Origin: Podarcis tiliguerta
Lineage: Eukaryota
Direction: 5' to 3' (one strand)
DNA length: 64,000 nt
NCBI GenBank assembly: GCA_965153285.1
Contig: OZ229111.1
Shown: positions 61,587-64,000 of the stretch, piece after piece
How the letters are laid out: each line of letters starts with the position of its first letter
How positions within the stretch are numbered: the stretch's first letter is position 1
Made by a program: the position numbers and the translations under genes
Notes under the pieces: model-generated
Database searches by the model: none
Told to the model about the DNA's origin: nothing
The model's input: only the letters and a program-made list of their open reading frames with translations

Positions 61587-62289
61587 TATTCCAAAACACC
61601 CTGACTGCTAGTAAAGTCAGAAAGGAAGTTCATACATCTCCCCCTCAAAACTTGGGGATATGAAGTCTGTCTCAGCCGTGGGCAGCATGCCAGCCCAGCT
61701 CCTAAAGCAATGACTGACACTGGAATCAACCTCTTTCTGGAGGAGGGACTTATTTTTTTTTAGTGAAAGCAGGAAAGCAAATCTGAAAATGGGGCAAGCT
61801 GTATGCACCTTTGGGTAAACTTTCTCTTTCACGTGCTTTAACAATCCTCAGACTGATAGGGGACTATCCAGTGGCAGCAAGGGATGTCCCAGCTTTAGAA
61901 GGCAGGCTACAGATACTAGTATATATCTAAAGGGATTAAGTGCTTAATATTCAGGTAACCAGATGCTAGATCACACCCCTATCGAGTGTGTTTATTCTTA
62001 CTTATAATATCTGTTTTCCTCTCCTATTTGCTCAAAATGGAAACACAGACAGTTTAAAGTGTTTAAAAGCTTTAGGATTCATTCTGTGACACCAATCACG
62101 ACATGACTATTGAAGGTCTCTGCTTTATTTGGGAAGCCATCTAACTATCTGTGCTCCTGGAGGCCCCCTCTGGCACTATGCAGTCCAATTTTGCTCCCTG
62201 GTATATTGAGGAGCTGCTGCTGCTGAAACAGATGGGCAAGGCCTGAACAGTATGTGGCATAAATCTCACTACTTCATCTTCAGGAGTGT

Positions 62290-62600
62290 CACTAGTAGTT
62301 TCCCAAGTTGGTGAGGCTCATTTGATAACAACAAGAAAGAGAGAACATTGTGGGGTACTCTATCAACAGAGATTCAGCAGGCACCTTCTGTTTCAACTTT
62401 TAAATGCCTGCTGAAAACTTTTCTATTCTGCGAAGCCTATGCAGGCGATGAAGAACACATATTCCCACAACAGTTAATTGAAGTCTGATTTTAACTTCCA
62501 TATGGTTTTAATTGTACGGTTTTATGTGTTATTGTTGTTAACTACTTTGTTTTTTAAAAAAATGAAATAGTGATATATAAATATTATTATAAATAAACAA
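62290..62600 (+). mobile_element. L2 LINE 3' fragment
   Basis: 62369-62440 translates EIQQAPSVSTFKCLLKTFLFCEAY, typical of the L2 ORF2 C-terminus; followed by T-rich 3' UTR and TAAATAAA tail. Confidence 0.7.
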
Positions 62601-64000
62601 ACTACATATGATGATACTATAAGATTCTCATTTAAGTCTACACATTAGCCACAGGACTCTAGTTAACTTTATTTTTTATAGTTCAGCACTTGGTGCTCAG
62701 CAATATGTTTTCCCTTTTAAAAGTGAACCATCACATCTGAAAGGAAACAGGAAATAAGTTTAGGACTTCAAGTGACATTTTGAGCCTTCAAAGAAAAGGG
62801 GGGGAAATCACACATACCTAATTTAATCCTTCATTTTCTTTTTTTTAAGGAAAGGTCTGACATCTGGACTGACAATCTGCATTCCAAAGTTTCGGCCCAT
62901 CACAAATTGAAACAGCTGAGTTATAAATCTTTAGGAAGAGGGTGATTGGTCATGGAAAACAGCAAACGTGCACTTAAAAACAAGTGTAGTTTGGAAAGAA
63001 GATAAAACTCACAGTACAGCTAGCTTTCCCTGGGACAACTTCTCCAAAGGACTTGCACAGATAAATCTTGCTCTTGAAAATAAATCCTGCACCTGACATC
63101 AGTAACGCTACATCTGATCTCACGGTAGCTTGTTTCTTTCTTGTTTTTAATTCACAACAGGTTTATAATAAGAAAAAATGAAGCTCGGGACCTCTACATC
63201 TGGTTGCTGAATGAATGCCACATATATTCCTCCTCATTCCCACTCTCATATAATATATACATTGCTGATTTCTCAAGAGCCCTTTCACATATTATTTTTA
63301 CAGCAAGGAAAAACTGATATTTGGCATGCAGTCTTGATAAAGCTGAGTACTCATCTCCCACAAGCAACCCAGGGCTCCAGACTGCTTGTGCCACAAGCCC
63401 AGCACCCCTTGGTTTCACTGGCAAATTGGGTTAGATGGGGTGGGCTTGTCCTCCAACATTACCATTACAGAAACTAAAATCTAAATTGTAAGTAAATGTG
63501 ATTTAATGAGAGGTTCTAAGTCTTGGCATATATAAAGCAAATATCCTCTTCATTAGAGAATAATAGATGCGAGTTGTAGAATCTAATTTTTAAGGTAGGA
63601 TTATCTAGTTTAACACTTGGATCATAATAACCTAGTATTGGAAACTCCTCATTAAAAGCAATGTTGGTACCTCTTATTCAACCACTTTGGAACCACATGC
63701 TATGACTTTTGTCTTTATTTGCATAAAGTGGGACCACCCTCCCTCGTCTCATTCTGCAGACACACCATTTCCAAACTCTTGCCCATTTTATGTACAGATA
63801 ACGAGTGCAACATAAAACATCCCTTATGTGCTACAAACCAATCACAAATGCCATTTAATATAATTACAGCTTAAGTGAAAAGTATAATGATCCTTACAAC
63901 TTCTGCCTATCAGCAGAGGAAATGGTCCTAAACTAGGGAAACTTGCATTCACAGGCCACAATATACTGTTTAGAATGCAATCCTTTGAAGATCAATAGGG

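Noticed and set aside
49357-64000. Further STX8 exons (EQDAGLDALSS...-encoding)
   Set aside because: No matching exon seen; the intron appears to run past the window end.
1-64000. CRISPR array, operon or prokaryotic/viral RT-based system
   Set aside because: Sequence is vertebrate intron-exon DNA; no regularly spaced repeats; the only RT is a non-LTR retrotransposon with TSD and 3' tail.

Overview
Eukaryotic genomic DNA from a squamate reptile, most likely a lacertid lizard judging by the Sauria-SINE variants and repeat landscape (taxon is inference). The window holds the convergent 3' ends of two genes. NTN1 (netrin-1, + strand) contributes its last two coding exons (9151-9225, 21008-21336; C345C/NTR domain) and a probable ~5 kb 3' UTR ending near 26.4 kb. 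STX8 (syntaxin-8, - strand) contributes its last two coding exons (49255-49356, 29303-29370; end of SNARE helix plus transmembrane anchor). This tail-to-tail layout matches human 17p13. The rest is intron or intergenic DNA with many mobile elements. These include a very young 5'-truncated non-LTR retrotransposon with an uninterrupted RT ORF and exact TSD (58925-61586), several hAT-type MITEs with perfect 8-bp TSDs (one carrying TTAGGG telomere-type repeats), two inverted Sauria SINEs, a tRNA-Asn/CR1 SINE, and CR1/L2/MIR-like fragments. There are also perfect palindromes and candidate enhancer/CTCF motifs. Almost all short ORFs in the track are spurious. I see no evidence for a new multi-gene system; the best leads are the young LINE, the telomere-repeat MITE, the long MITE hairpins beside a STX8 exon and candidate NTN1 enhancers inside STX8.
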